Part shown: piece by piece, positions 26,201 to 41,200 of the stretch | Layout of the letters: each line of letters opens with the position of its first letter | Numbering within the stretch: position 1 is the stretch's first letter | Assembly: GCF_001949145.1 (NCBI RefSeq) | Contig: NW_019091361.1 | Location: 977,452-1,041,451, forward strand | Reading direction: 5' to 3' | DNA from: Acanthaster planci | Lineage: Eukaryota | DNA length: 64,000 nucleotides | The notes under the pieces: generated by a model | The model's database searches: none | What the model was told of the DNA's origin: nothing | Seen by the model: only the letters and a program-made list of their open reading frames with translations | Made by a program: the position numbers and the translations under genes

Positions 26201-29200
26201 AGAATACAGGGCAATGGTGCAATATGAACACAGAAATCCACTTCAATTCTTGGAAGGCAAAAATACGTGGAAACAACTGGGACTTCTCAGGATTTTCCTC
26301 TGACAAGCTGTGATTTGAAATGGATGAGTGAAGATGTCAAGACATGACAAACCCACAAGAACTCTTTCAATGCATTTTTCTTAGTGTTAGAGTATCAAAG
26401 TAAATAATCACACCCACTAGTATGAGTGTAAAAGGGATTAACGCGGGAACCAGCACATGAACCAATAATCATGCTTACTCCATTCATTTGCACAACACTG
26501 GTTCAAAATGACGTCACACTTCGGTGCTCTACACCATTTCCTCAAAATGCATTTGATTGTCACAATTCTAAAAATTCAAGAAAAATCTAGAAACTAAAAA
26601 CATCACAACTTCCCCAATACTATCCATGACTGACAGATTAAATCTCCTCTATCAAAGGAAAATGGAAAGGAGAATGTTAATTTATAAGGAGGCAAGTAGT
26701 AAATGTTACTCTGCAGGGACCAAGAAAAAAAATCAATATCACCCCGGCTGTAATGCTTGGGGGAGGGGGGACAGCAGGGACATGTTTTCCTTCTCAGTGG
26801 CTGACAAGACAAGAGAGGGAAACGCTTGAGAGCTACACGTACGATAATCTGGCCTTCCAGGCTTAGGAACCTTCGCTTTTGTTAAGACGGTCGCCGGCTC
26901 TGATTGGGGATCAAGTTCTTGATTCTTGTGTTTCCAATTTCACTTGGGCTTTTTATTGGCTTTGGATGGACTGCGTCTGAAGGATAAAAGGGACAAAAAA
27001 AGCATGCTACCAGACGAACAGAACCACTACAAAATTGAAGACAGCAAACTTGTCTACTTTTGTAGCAAGAGAGCCTATTTCTTTTATTATTGTTTATAGA
27101 CTACAGGTACATGTATGTACACACATCTACATGTACAAGCTATGGACACCTACATGTACATGTTACAAGGCTTACACCATATGGATCCTCAAATATGAGA
27201 GCATTTATGAAAAAGTCCTTCAATTTCTTGGTAAACTACAAAGCCAGTATTTATTACCAGCAACTGTAATGTATGCGATTTACCTGAAATATTCAACCCT
27301 ACATGTAGCTGATCCCATCTTTGAAATGAGAAAAAAAAATTCCTCTTTGGAGGTAACCTCTCGTCATCTACTGAGTTTATTATGGTGAAATACATACAGT
27401 CACACAAAAAAACCAACTGAACTGTGACAATGTAAACAACAATGGCAGTTGTAGCAAAAACATTGCTTCAGTGTTGCGTCTTGCAGCAACATACACAGAT
27501 GTACGTAGTACCGGTGTAGCTACAACCTTGTACCCGAGGTCATACTGATATACATGTAATACAAAGTGGTATAAACAACACCTTCGACAGTGAAAAAGAT
27601 GAAGGTAATGTACATCCCGTGAGGTTCATCACTCACATACCAAAACATACATGTACATCAACAAATCACGTGATCGATGCTCAACCAATAAAAATTCACA
27701 ATCTGTAATGCAGTACTGTAGTGTAACAAATACGGATGTTGTCAAGTCATGTTAACCCCTCATGCCAGGATTCTTTCGACTGCGACTGCTGGGCTGCGGT
27801 ATGCCCAGTATGCAAAGCCCTGTCCAGCAGCAGGCCCACACTGAAACTGCAGCTGCATGATGAATAGAATGTATGAGTGGTATGCACTAATCCTCACACA
27901 AAGCCGCGGCTGTCCACGGTCCCCCCCCCGACTGAAGGGGTTACCAAAATGTACAAATTCACAAAAGCTGTACACATTTAATTTCCAGCAAATTATATCA
28001 CAAAAGGTTGTTAACATCAAATCTTGCATTCACATTCCCCTTAATTAAAGGTGAATGGAATCTTACAAAATGTATATGGTGTCACCTTTTGCATGATTTT
28101 CAAATGTGCCATGTCATAAATAGATGTAGATGTAGATGTCCTCTTGTCTCACTGTACATTATGAGAACCTAACATGTCACTTGAGTAGGCGTGAAAAATT
28201 TTGAGCCTTCAAATTTGAGGGAAAGAATATCTTTTGCACTCCAACTGACTTGCTCCTCACTTTGTTAAACAGTGGAGCTGTAGAGTCTACATGTACATGT
28301 ATATTTAAGGGTAATTGAGTTTGCAATTTACACGGTAGCTTGCAGTAGACACCTGTCACTTAACTTTTAATGATGCACAGAAGCTGCCCGCCAGCAATTT
28401 AATTTTGCCGGCAGAATTCAGAGAAGCAGACATGTTCGAAAGGCCATATCCCCTGAAAGAATCACAAACTGTACTTGGAGGAAAAGAGACTTCATCAGTC
28501 TATATACATGTACATTGAGACTTGACGGAGAATGACACAGACAGATTAATGAATTTTCCAATTCTCCTGTATTCTCAGTGAACCACACAGGTGAAGTTGA
28601 TCACAATGTATGGCATGTCCAGTCTTTTTTACGGAAAAAAAGTTTGGTTCAAAGTAAATAAACACACTAGTGATTCATGACCAACGATTAACGTATGTCA
28701 GATGTAGTCTTGTCATCCTGCACAAGCAGTCATCAACGATACTGCCTTGAATCCTGTCAGAGAATCCCTGTTCTCATGTTTTTTATAAGCACATTATTTT
28801 ACATTGCTCCTCTATTCAGGGGTATAGTATAGTGCCTGTGATGGTGAGCACAGTTCTCTATGGCTGCACACACTTTCCCTGAGGGTTTAAGATCCAAGAA
28901 TGACTATGTGACTTAAGGCTGACCATCAGGCCTAACATGTGAACAGTTTAGTGACGTTAATATGATCAGTAATAGCAATTATTGCAATCGATATTTTTTT
29001 TTTTTAATCAAATGGTTGAAAGTCTGGAATGTGTACTTGTATGGCATTTGTATTTGCAAGAACTTGTTATTAAAAAGTCCATTTTTTGTGTTTTTGTTGA
29101 TACAGATGAGGTCATCTTCAGCACTGCAGTATGTGTTCTTTGTCCTACTCCTGCCAGCTTTGGTTGTCTCCCGTTCCGATCGGCCCTGCAGGGATTGCTG

Positions 29201-32200
29201 CCAACAGAAGGGTGACGCAGGTCCTGTGGGACCACCAGGTCTGCCTGGTGTGGTAGGACCTCAGGGCCTCCCAGGCCGGGATGGGCTCAATGGGCTCAAC
29301 GGCCCTGCTGGCTTGCCAGGCCGACCCGGTGACAAGGGAGAGAAGGGGACCTCGGGCGACATGAGTGGCATACTCAAGCTGCTTAACCAACAGTCCTCAG
29401 ATGTGCTCACCGACCTGCAGGAGGTGCTGGAGTTTCTCAAGGAACAGAGGGCGCAGATGTCCATCAGCCCCGACGTGATGATGGCCTCGCCACCACTGAT
29501 CCACCCGATGGGCCGCATAGAGATCACAGCATTCACTGTGGTGCGTACGTTAGACCTACCCGGGCATGGTGACGTGGCTAAAGACATCACGTACGACCGG
29601 GTGATCACCAATGTCGGTAACCGTTTCAATTTTGAGACGGGCCACTTTGTCTGTCCAACCAACGGCACCTATTTCTTTACATTCAGCGTGGCTCATGATC
29701 GTGACACGATGGTGGAGCTGGTGAAGAATGAGGAGCGCTTAGTGGCTGTGCATGGAGATGCAGCCCAGAAGCTCCGCACCATGTACACAAACAGTGCAGT
29801 GGTGGAGCTGGTTGAAAGAGATGAAGTCTGGACACGTCTGACAAGAAGCCACAGCCTGAGCGGCAACACACAACACCTGACAACTTTCACAGGGTACCTG
29901 CTCTATCCTGCTTCTGCCACCAAAAGGGTCACCAAAGGATAACCTACAGGCCAACAGTCTGCATAAGTCATTATCTCTTGGCAATATCAATTGGAACATT
30001 CACTGTACAGACTCCAACTGCTAATAACTGTGCATCCAGAGGGCTGATAAAGTGATAAAAAGTGAACAATGACTTTCCTAAACCAAAGTTCCTGTCAATA
30101 CCCCATTAATTACGTGTAAATCTCAACCTTATATCAGACATTTTCACCTGCCTGCCCTGCAGTACCATTCACATAGACAAAATAAGCAAAAGTGTATCAG
30201 TTGTAAAGAACGAGGTGAAATCTTCTAATTAGGATGTACACGTACATATACTCACTGTACTAAACTGCATGTACATGTACATGTATTTACATGTACAGTA
30301 GCTATCAGGTTTAGGCCAACTGCACTGTCACTGACTGTTAGTGACTCTCTGCTGAATCGGAAGTGGCCCCAATTTCTTTATCAGTCATGTACATTATTTT
30401 TAACGGTAAATATTAAGTTTAACTGTTATGAACGTCAGCTGAATTGGACAAGTTTGCTAATTTTCTTAAAAATGGAAGTTATTCAAAAGGTATGTGTAGT
30501 ATTTAACTTAGCTGGAAATAAATCCTGTTTCTGTGGAACTAGGTTTTCAGTAGAAGAGCCAACACTTCCGTAAACATCTAGAGTTGTATATAAACAGGTA
30601 TGTGTAAATAATAGGCTGTGTGTTTGTGTGGCAAGTACAAATAGCGATAGATCAAAATACGGCTGAAATCCATGCCCCTAAAATTCTGAATTCTTAAACC
30701 CTCCAACAATGTTCACAAGGACTATACAGGCTCTCATCTCTGAATTCATGAATAGGAAAGGATCTGGTTGTGTGTTAAGGATCCGGCTAGGAGTACGAGA
30801 AGTCGGTCATTTCTCTTTACACGACAAAGAGCTCTCTTCACCTTGTCAGCCAGCCCAGTGTGGTAATCGGATGCCAAAGAATTTCCTTGAATACTCTTCA
30901 GACAGACAGGCAGGCTGGGATAATATGAAAGTGCAATAAACTCACCCCTCTGGCAATATTTGTTATTCTCAAAAACTGACCTACAGGTATTTATGAGCTC
31001 TTCTTTCTAAGGTGCTTTCTTTTTTTGTAAAAGCTGGTGATACAACTCCTTTTCTATGATGGAACCACAACCCTCAAATTGTAGTCTTTTTTAACATTCT
31101 TGAGGATTTTCAAGTTTACTGCCGTACCTCTGTGATTACAGCTTTCTGACAGACCTAATTTGAAGCTCAATTGAGCGCCGACCTTCAGTTACATTTCTGT
31201 TATCTCGGTATTTGATGGTACCAATTTTGGAATCCAAGTGACATTTCTTACTACAATTTTCATTTTCTGGTTTATACACAGGCACGTATCAAGGGGTAGG
31301 GAACAGAACTCTCAAGACAAGATTTTTCACAAGACAAAAGAGGATGGTTATCTATGACAACTTTTCAACAATTAGCTTCATCCAACTTTCCTATCCAGTC
31401 AGTGCTCACAGGCGTTGCATCAAAACTTCACAAACGTCCATTTGACAAAAGTACCCGGTACGGTAACGTTTTGACACATGTGGCACTTCTGAGAAGCAAC
31501 AAATACTGAGTGGGAGTTGTTTCTCAGTGAAATTCCTTTCTCCATCTGTCAGTGCTTCTTACAGTTCACTGAGCTGAAGGGCAGATATTCATTACCGTAA
31601 GAAGAAGCACGTCTCCCAGTCTTGGGTTACCCTCCCAACAACACAACCTGCATGTCGTTGGACCTTTGTTACATTATCTGTACTAGTGTACTGCAGTACC
31701 ATCCACACTGATAACAACCGCTTCATATATCTACATGTATCTTTGTTTTCATTTTTTTTCTTTGCCCAAGTCGTATCATCAAGCTCATCGATATTCTGAA
31801 TTCAAGGGGCGTGCATAATGCTGTAGGGAAGATGGATGACAGAACTCATTTAATCATGTTGCCATGGAGATATTGTTAGACGTCTGGCAATTTTGGTTAT
31901 ATTATTGCCACGTTGCCAGGTTAACTACCAGCAGGAATAGATAAACAGCCCCAAGTCATTTATTAATTAACCCCAATTCAGTCCTGAATGTTCTAAGAGG
32001 TCTGTTATAGTGTTGATGGGCAATAGTACAATAAAGAAGAGGATTTATCACTCTGCGTACTTGTCGTTATTAGAGAAGTAACATTTTTCCCTCCTGATGC
32101 AAGTTTGTGTTCAACACTGATATTTACACAAAGGCAAGGTAAAGATATTACTTGGAAGAAAAAAGATATTCACTCAGGATATTTTGCGACTATTGTATTG

Positions 32201-35200
32201 TGAAAGCACATGCTTTCCAAAGTGTCCAACAATCAAACTCCTCTTCAAGGTCTTCTACATGTGGACTACTGAAATGCTGTTCAAAGGTTGGACAGATTAT
32301 TTCCACAGCTTTGTCAATTCTTTTTCTTTGGAAACCTTGCGAAGTTTTAAACTGCACATCAAGCAGCTTAGTTACTGCACTTGCTTTGTTGAAAATCATG
32401 CCCTTTTTCTTTTGGATATTTCCGCATAAACTGCCCCGACTTGAATCTACAACATACTTTGCAATTTGGCCTGCCGTCTAGCTAAACCACTGGAGGCAGG
32501 ATAGCTCGTCCCAAAACCATACACAGTTGGGACTTATTGGGGGAAACTTCACGTCAGACTTGCTCGTGGAAGACGAGATCTGCTTCAGCCTTGATGCAAC
32601 AGGGGCTTCTATGACAACTCTGTGAATTTTAACACTGTGCCTCCCAGGCTAACAGTAACTGAGTAAAATTTGCGATACGGTAAATGGCTGGATTGCCCAT
32701 ATCCCATGACATCCCAGATGTAATCAGAGTTTTATTTTTATCAGTGCTTTCCAAACTCATTTCAAAGTGCATGTATACCAAGTCTGCTAGCTTCTTCACT
32801 TCGGCTTTGAAAATTACACACACAAACCATACAAGCATGTCTTTCAATATAACTATGACCTACCTTGTACAATATCTGGAGTTCTGAGAGGATCTGCTTC
32901 TGAACATCAGGTGTGATATCAACAGAGATGACCTGAGGATACAGTGCAGAAAACTGCAGTTTTAAAGAAGGCGCATTGACGGGATCCTGAGTAAAAGCTC
33001 TTCTGGAGTTAAAGGCTTTCAAGGAATCTTGCACGATGCAAGATCAAAAAAAAAAAAAACTCACGGCACATTTCTCTGGACAATGTCCATTCTCATTAGG
33101 CTGCCAAACTGGGTGACGCGTCAAAACAAAGACTCCTTTTGCTCAAACTAATGCCAAGCAAAACAACAAACGTACAAGGGATGTCATGTAACTGACCAAA
33201 CGGCTTCATGAGCCATTCTGCGGAATTCAGTCACATACCAAGACATCTAACAATATAATTTCACAAGAGGCCTTTTACTGCTCATGTCCTCATTCCAAGT
33301 TATATGATGTTTCAACTCTTGAGAAGTGAATGCTAACTTTGGGACAGGCTAAATGGTTCTGATCCTGGGTAAAATAAAACCAACTAAATCCAATAACAAC
33401 ATACCTTTACTGCCATTATGTTGTTGGTGGCAATGTGCCTCGCTCTGCAATGGATGAATGATCACATTATTCACATGATTGCATTACTTTTCTTAACAGA
33501 AATGAATCTGAAGTATTTTAAGGACAAGTATATTGATATTCTATTGTAAACTGCATTACCTGATGACAATTAGCAATGGAAGACATACAAGTGTATGTGG
33601 GAAGGTCAACTGAACCAAGATCTGAAACCGTGTCCAAATACTGCACTTGGTCGCTACAAACCGAATCCTTGTCCCCTCCTGAACTTGGTCTAAGTTGGAG
33701 GGGTACCAAATGAGGTTTTGGCCTTGAGGGTGTTTTGGCATCATTTGGACTCCCTGGGCATGACCATGTAGGCCGTTTTGGGCACCCTAGCTTGTTTTGT
33801 CAATGTGTGCATGTATGCATAAGCATCAAGCTTTGACAACTTGCACACACTGGCTTTCAACTGAAGGCAAATTAGAACCATTTTGATTTGATGGCTTCAA
33901 CCCCAAGAGAGGGTACCAAAAAATCAACTTAGTACTTTGGGAACTTCTCAAATCCTTAGGATCGATTACTTACTTGTAGACCGTTCCACTGTGACCTTGA
34001 CCAAGTACTTCTAAATGCTGTATATCTGCTTGTGACATCTGAAACAAAAGTGAAAATTAAACAGTTTTAAGAAAACGATTTAGTTAAAAGCCAGTCTCTT
34101 CAATTTACTGGAAAAGTTTAGCCACTAACTGAAAATTATAATTTCAGCCCCACTTTTTACTATATGTGGGGAAAAAACAACCATTTAAAAACGTGCAAGA
34201 AATGAAGAGAGACTGAAATTTAGACAATGAAAACTACTCTAGCAAGGGAAAAAATGAAAACCAAATTTCTATAATCCATATTAAAATCAAGTGATCACCC
34301 TTTAAATGGCTGGAAAAATTTAACGTAGTTCTTCCCAGTAAATATTTGCAAGGCACTTCATGGGGTAAATTTAGGGGGACAAATTCGGGCCACGTTTAGG
34401 TGGTTCAGTCCATTCTAAATCCAACCAGGAGTGAGATTAACCAATGACAAAAATAGCCGAGAACAGCTGAAAACAGGTACAAAGAAGCTGAACTGTGAAA
34501 ATCTCCTGTACTTTTGTGCACAGCCAGTGAGGAAAAAAAAGCTGAAGTCCAACACAAAAAAGCTGAAATGAGCTAAAAAGCTGAGAAATCTCATCCCTGT
34601 CCAACTAAAGAATGCAGAACCTACCCTGCCTGAAGCCAAGATTTCCCTCAGCTCCGCATCTTGTCTCCTGATTCGTGAGCAAAAAGGCAAGCATTATAAA
34701 ATAACCTCTCCTATGGTTCCCATCAATCAAAACAGGATTCAGTGCCACTGTATTTTACGATGACTTGACTGTGATAACTCTAGTCTCTGGCTGAATTTTT
34801 ATTGTTCCAAACAGGTGACTTAGGCATTGGGGGTCAAGAAATCAGTTTGCTTATTAACAATCTGCATAATATATGCATACCGGTAGAAATGAGCATTGCA
34901 GTCAAGTCTTTCAGGACTCTTTCTACAAATACCTTGGCAAGACTGATCACAAGTTCCAGGACCAATCACAAGTAACAGAGCGAACAGCGGCCAAGAGAAA
35001 CCTTTTGTCACAGTTCACTTGAGGAGCTTGTGACTTGGCTTAAGATGGGATGAATAAGTCTTTTGCAAGTTGAAAGTGAATAACATTTGGTACCCGGAGT
35101 TATCTGATTGCACATAAACATAATTCAAATTCCCCAGCCTAAAGACACTGCTGCTACACCTCGTGATTTGGGGCAAGCTTTTGCATAGCAACCACCATCT

Positions 35201-38200
35201 CTGGAGTGGACTGGTTGCTTTGTGCCCTTATCCATTGAAAACTGTGTATTAATGCAAAGCATCTCTTATGTAACTAAGCAAAAGCTTGCCCCAAATCACA
35301 AGGTATAGCAACAGTGTCTTTAGTATGGAGAATTCAAATTGCTATGTTCACATGAATTAAAAGAACTCAGTGTACCAGATTTGATTCAAATTTAGTGGGC
35401 TTGCCTGGACTCGGGATGGACTCAACAACAACACTGATGAAAACAGCTGTCTAAAAGTCTTATCCAGACAGCAACGTACATTTAGAGTAGATCATGTCTC
35501 AGTGAGATTTATACCTTTAGAAACCTTTCACTTGGTTGGAGAGTGCTGCTTCAAAAGTCTTACCCATAATGAAGACTGATTCCGCTGTCTGCTCCTTTGG
35601 GTACATTTCCAGGCGGACTTGTGTTCACCTACAATTTCACGAAATAAATGGATGGAAATTCATGATGACAGGTTTTGTTTCCATTGTTTTCTGGTCCATT
35701 CAGTAAGATGCATCATAACACCAACCGGTTGAGTATTACACAAGTGATATTTAAATCAGGTCACCAACACTGCTTTTGGACAGTGAAATCCTTCACTTTT
35801 GTGACAGAAGAATTTTTTCTGATAAATGAAAAGAACTGTTAACATTATCACTGAAGTGGAGATCGTCAGACATCTGGCAGCAAGTAGAAGTCTCAACTTC
35901 CACTACCCATCAAGTGTCACCAACTCGTTGACGGAACCTGGCAACAAGTCCTGTTTGTTGTGCTCTTTATAGTGACTTGTGTTCAGAAAGCTACAGCCTG
36001 TTTGAGTGATCTCCATCTATTCACTTTCCAGGTGTGTGTGACATTACATAAACACACTTAAACATGGGGCTAGAAATGCTGAGGTCCCATTGTGTAACTT
36101 ACTGTTAACCCATGGATATTTCTTCTTCCTGACTTGACAACTGTAGAAAGAGAAATCAAAATACGGATGAATTGTAAAGTGTTCCCTTCAATCCACAGCT
36201 TAATACCCTTGTGTTGACATGTTACATGTAAACCAGTACGGACGAATCCAGTGTTCACGGTAGCACCATCAGTGGTCATGTGCAGCTGCCCAGCCAATGG
36301 CGGTAAGCAGTGTGATAGCTATTGTACAGAGACACTGTTCCAAGATAGTCTCCCCCTACAAACCCAACATAATGCTTCAACCACTACAGGGGACCACTGT
36401 GAATGTCCGGTGGGACTCCTCGGGATTTGTCTAAACGGGTACTTTATTTTACCATTTACGAGAGCATACATGTACCAGTAATTCACTAACATCAAGGAGC
36501 TTGCAGTTTAATTCATAATTCATAAATACCTGGGACAGCTTTTCGATTCCGACTGGTCGAAATGTGACATGTGACCATGTATTATAACATTTGATAAAGC
36601 CCGCTGATCAAGTGATAATGCCTGCTGCGTAAATCACTCGCTTGCATATGAATACGAGACAGTTTAATCGGGCATGTCGGGTGTGATTGGTCAGGAGTCT
36701 GTGTGCATGTGACACGCCACGCGCACACCAAGTTTATTGAAGGGGATTCTATTGGACAACTTTCAAAAGGAATACACCACAAGATGGATGGGGGCATTCA
36801 GGAAAATGAAAGTAAAATATTAGAACAAAATCGTTGGAAATTCATCACATGTTCGACATCTTTTGGCTCTCTGAATAAAAAGGTAATTATGAATGGGAAT
36901 AAATATGTGTCTGGCTGGTCTTAAACGTGTGTTTAAGACCTTGCTTAGCAGAATGGATGCTGATAGTGCGTCCATTCTCCTGAGCTGGTCTTAACGCATG
37001 TTTAAGACGGGCCAAGCACATAGCCTCTTAAGACTGAATGTGAACACTATCCGTCATACTGTTTACATAATTTCTGGTTGCTCCAATGTGTTCCAGCAGC
37101 ACAGCATAATCTATCAGCTGTGGACAATTGTTTGTATCACCATCATGGTTCCAAGGGTGGATGAGGGTGGCTCAAAAATTTGGAGGGGGCGAGCAGTACC
37201 TATAACACTTATCCAATCAAGCAATGGCCTACCATGTATGTAATTGACAGGTATCCATGTAGTCTTAAAAACATTTCAACCCGCGACCTCCCACATCCAA
37301 ATTTGCCAAAACATTTGGGAGCAATTTTGCAGGATTAGTTGCCCAAAGCTAAATGGAATCAGAATTGACCATTGGACGGGGATGTAGCAGGGTGACATTT
37401 TGCTCGCCGGAATATCAGAAAACAGGACAAGTTTAGACACACACACGTGAAATGTGTGCCGTCAAAGTGTTATCCAAAATTTTTTTGGGGGGGAGCTTGA
37501 AATGAGTCTACCAAAGGAGGACTTTTGTGCCTGACTGGAGGAGTGTAAAGTTCATGAATCACCACAAATGAAAAGTCTGTAATAGTGCAGGAATTGTATT
37601 TATACACACACCCAAAAAAACCCCTGCCTACAAGCACAGTAATTGAGTGCATCACTGTACCACACATTGCGTTTGCAATCTGGGAGCCAGGGGGAATATT
37701 TGTTACTGCCAAATGTTTGGAGCAGAAATGTTTGTTCAAGTGACATTCCTCCTGAAAGTCTTCAGATTTCAAAGGAAGTTTCTGCCTAAAACCACAAGGT
37801 CTTGTACCTAAACTCACCCCTAGGGTAAATGACCAGTGGAGGTGCCATCACATTCGCAGACTCGCTCTCCATTACCACAGACAAGTACTGGATAAGAAAG
37901 AAAAGAAAAATACCGAATAAGAAAGAAAACTAGAGTGCCTTCAATGTATTCACTTCTATTATATGGACAGAGCACGCATCCCTATGTGTAATCCTTCGGA
38001 GAATATGTGGAAAGAATGTACAGCGGTTATACAGTAAAGCTTTAGGCATCCACACTTCCTCTTCCTTGGCTTATCTACAAAATTAAAAGCAACGATATTC
38101 TCATGTGGCATTTGCAGCAGAACTGCCCTTAAGGATAACAGCTTGCCAGAAATCCTTGTGGCTGTTTTGGTAGATCAGACTCTGTGATCAGCGGGACAAA

Positions 38201-41200
38201 AATTAGGTCAATAGGTACGCATAAATGTTATACCCAGAGGCAAAGGTGAAGATTGGAGTTGTTTGGGTGATGACATTGTGTATTTTAAAGATACAATGCC
38301 TAAGTATCACTCATGCTGAGAAGTCACATTGTCTGGTACACATAAGTATATGTCTTACAAGTAGGTAAATAATCTCTAAGGATTTGCAGCAACATAATCG
38401 AAATAGAGGACAAATTTCTTGCTTTTAAGTGAGTTGTAAACATGGGCCCAAAAAAATTGAAAAATAAAATACTCAAGAAGAAAAAAAAAGGTGAAAGAAA
38501 CAAAGTTAAAAGGAAGGGGATGAAAAGCACCAACTGCTTGAGAATACCGGCACATTGAAAAGGATACCCATACACTGTTTACAGTTTGTGAGTCCGCTGT
38601 TGAGTGCTCTCCAAACCCCCCCCCAAAAAACAAAGTTCCTCTCTTTCATACATGATGTACAGTAAGTTATAAATGTGATGTGATCTGTGAAAACTCTTCA
38701 CATGGTGGGCTTTGTCATTTTGGTGCATATCAACTTCAAATTGATCTGGACAACAACTGTCCTGTTTTCAAAACTGTTTAATTTGTGATTGTAGATAAGC
38801 TACGTGTAGATTCACGTTGTAGGCAACCTAGGATAATACAACGATTCCCAACCGAAGATTGACATTCTGATTTCTACATCAGATTGGAGTATCAATTTGC
38901 CTGGAAATTTCCATTTAAAGTAACTGAATTTCCAAGGGGCAAGAATTTTTTATGCTCATTAAAAATTAACTCACTTTCACAAAATGCTGGCTAATACACT
39001 GTAAATGTGTAGTTTTTACAGATCTCATTAATGGAACTCACTCAAGTGCAAGACGGTTTACAGTACTTCCCCGGCAAATCTTTTATTTGTTTTTTATTTG
39101 TTTTCTTTGGAGGCAGGTGCAAGGTTGGACTTACATATGCCATCATGGCCTGCATCTCATCGTTGCTTCGCACAGTTATACGATCACCATCTTCATCCTC
39201 ATCTGAAAACCATTATCAAAACAAAAATGCAAAATTCATTACTTTTCCAACTGACTGTCGAACATCACACTAACACTTTACGGAACATAGAAAGAGGAAG
39301 CAATTCCTCAGGAAAGAAAGCAATACGACAGATCACATGACAAAATATATTAGCTGTAACAGCCCACTAGCAAATTTATTTACCGTAACTACTTTAGTCT
39401 TCTCTGGCTGAAACAATCTTATGACTTTTTTAGGCCACACTGCCAAAATCAAATTTTTCACTGCCACCAAGAATATAAACTGAGGTGTACTAAAGGGAGT
39501 GATGAAGGATTTTTCAAACTGTAAAACATATCATTCACTGACAACAGATAAGCTGAGTGGCAAAAAGCTGTATTTAGAAACATGAAGCAATTTTCCAAAG
39601 CTACCACATTGAGACAGTGCATTGTGGCCAATAGGGGGTATGATGTCAGACTGAATGGAATTGTTGAGAGCTCAGCAGTCTCCATTTTGAGTAAAAGTGT
39701 AACATCCTACAGCACACCACTTTCCACAACTGTTTTCCGTTACTGCTCGTTTGTGTAAGAGTGCCCTGATACAAACTGTTATGCACTACCATGCCAGAGC
39801 TTGGTAATGGGTAATCTCAGAAATTAGAGGTCTATTTTTTGTGTGTCCCCGTCATATCTGACATCTGATTTTGTTCAGAACACATTTTCTAATTTCCAAG
39901 AGTGATGAATTAATGTAAACTACCTGCCACACAAATAATAATAGTTTGAAATCAATCCCAGTGATATTTCCATGTCAAATAACAAAGGTCCGATGTAACA
40001 GGGACACAAAAATGTCACACTTTTAGACCCCTAATTTCTGGAATTACCCTGATGTACATTGTATACCTGTGCAGAGCAGGAATTTCATTCTTGAAAGGGC
40101 GAGGCAATTTCTCATTAGCAAAGGGCACTTGTACTAGCAAATCAACTCGTCTACGGGGACTTTTTCAATGGGCATTGAGGCAAAGACCAAGGGCACCAAG
40201 GCGACTGCCTCTGATGCCTCCATGAAGTTCCTGCCCTGCCTATGTACATGTCTATAACCGTGGACAGAGTAAACTTACATTCAAATGCTGTGGTGGCGCC
40301 ATTTTGTAATACTTGTGCCATAACATCCTACGGGAAAAAAAATTAACACAGACATCATCAATAATTTACCATCAACATCCAAACACTCGATGGCTATTGT
40401 GTGGTGTTGTGACATAGACTTCCCACTTCGTCTCTAAAAAAATGTCTGTCGGTGTTGCGATGGCCAAGTGACCATTCGCTTTCCACTGCAAAAGCTGCTC
40501 TGGACTCTGATAATGGCATACTGGGATTGAGCCCTGGTAATGACAACCTTTTGGTGCAAAAATGACAAAATTGAATCACTTTCACTGAACTGCAGGAAGA
40601 CTTGTGTAAAAGGGAAGCGCACATACCGATAGGCCTCCATACATTTGCATGCACATACATGTACACGTGTAACTGTCCAAGTAACATACTGGTACATGTA
40701 CATGTGTAACTGTCAAAGTAACATACTGGTACATGTGTAACTGTCCAAGTAACATACTGGTACATGTACATGTGTAACTGTCAAAGTAACATACTGGTAC
40801 ATGTACATGTGTAACTGTCAAAGTAACATACTGGTACATGTACATGTGTAACTGTCCAAGTAACATACTGGTACATGTACATGTGTAACTGTCAAAGTAA
40901 CATACTGGTACATGTATGTAAATTATTTATTGATAGTACCCATATCTAAAGATCAAACATGCTAATATCCACTTGATCTGAATCCTCCATGTATCTCATG
41001 AATACAAAATCACAATGATACATGTAGTGTCATCATCAAACTATATGATGAGTTGTCGCAGTAAAAATTACTGACAGGTGTTGATTGTAAAGCTACATGT
41101 ACGTTCGCACTGGACTAAAAATTGTAAAATGTTATCATGACTGCTTGAGGTTATTCTTCCATTCGTCCACACTCGGATTACTTGCAACCAATGGAAAGTC

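Noticed and set aside
28962..29105. N-terminal extension of the C1q ORF (326-aa call)
   Set aside because: This is T-rich intron-like sequence ending in a CAG acceptor. The signal peptide starts at ATG 29106.
40667..40916. 37-bp repeats resembling a CRISPR array
   Set aside because: The units are contiguous with no unique spacers, there are no cas genes, and the context is a eukaryotic intron. It is a minisatellite.
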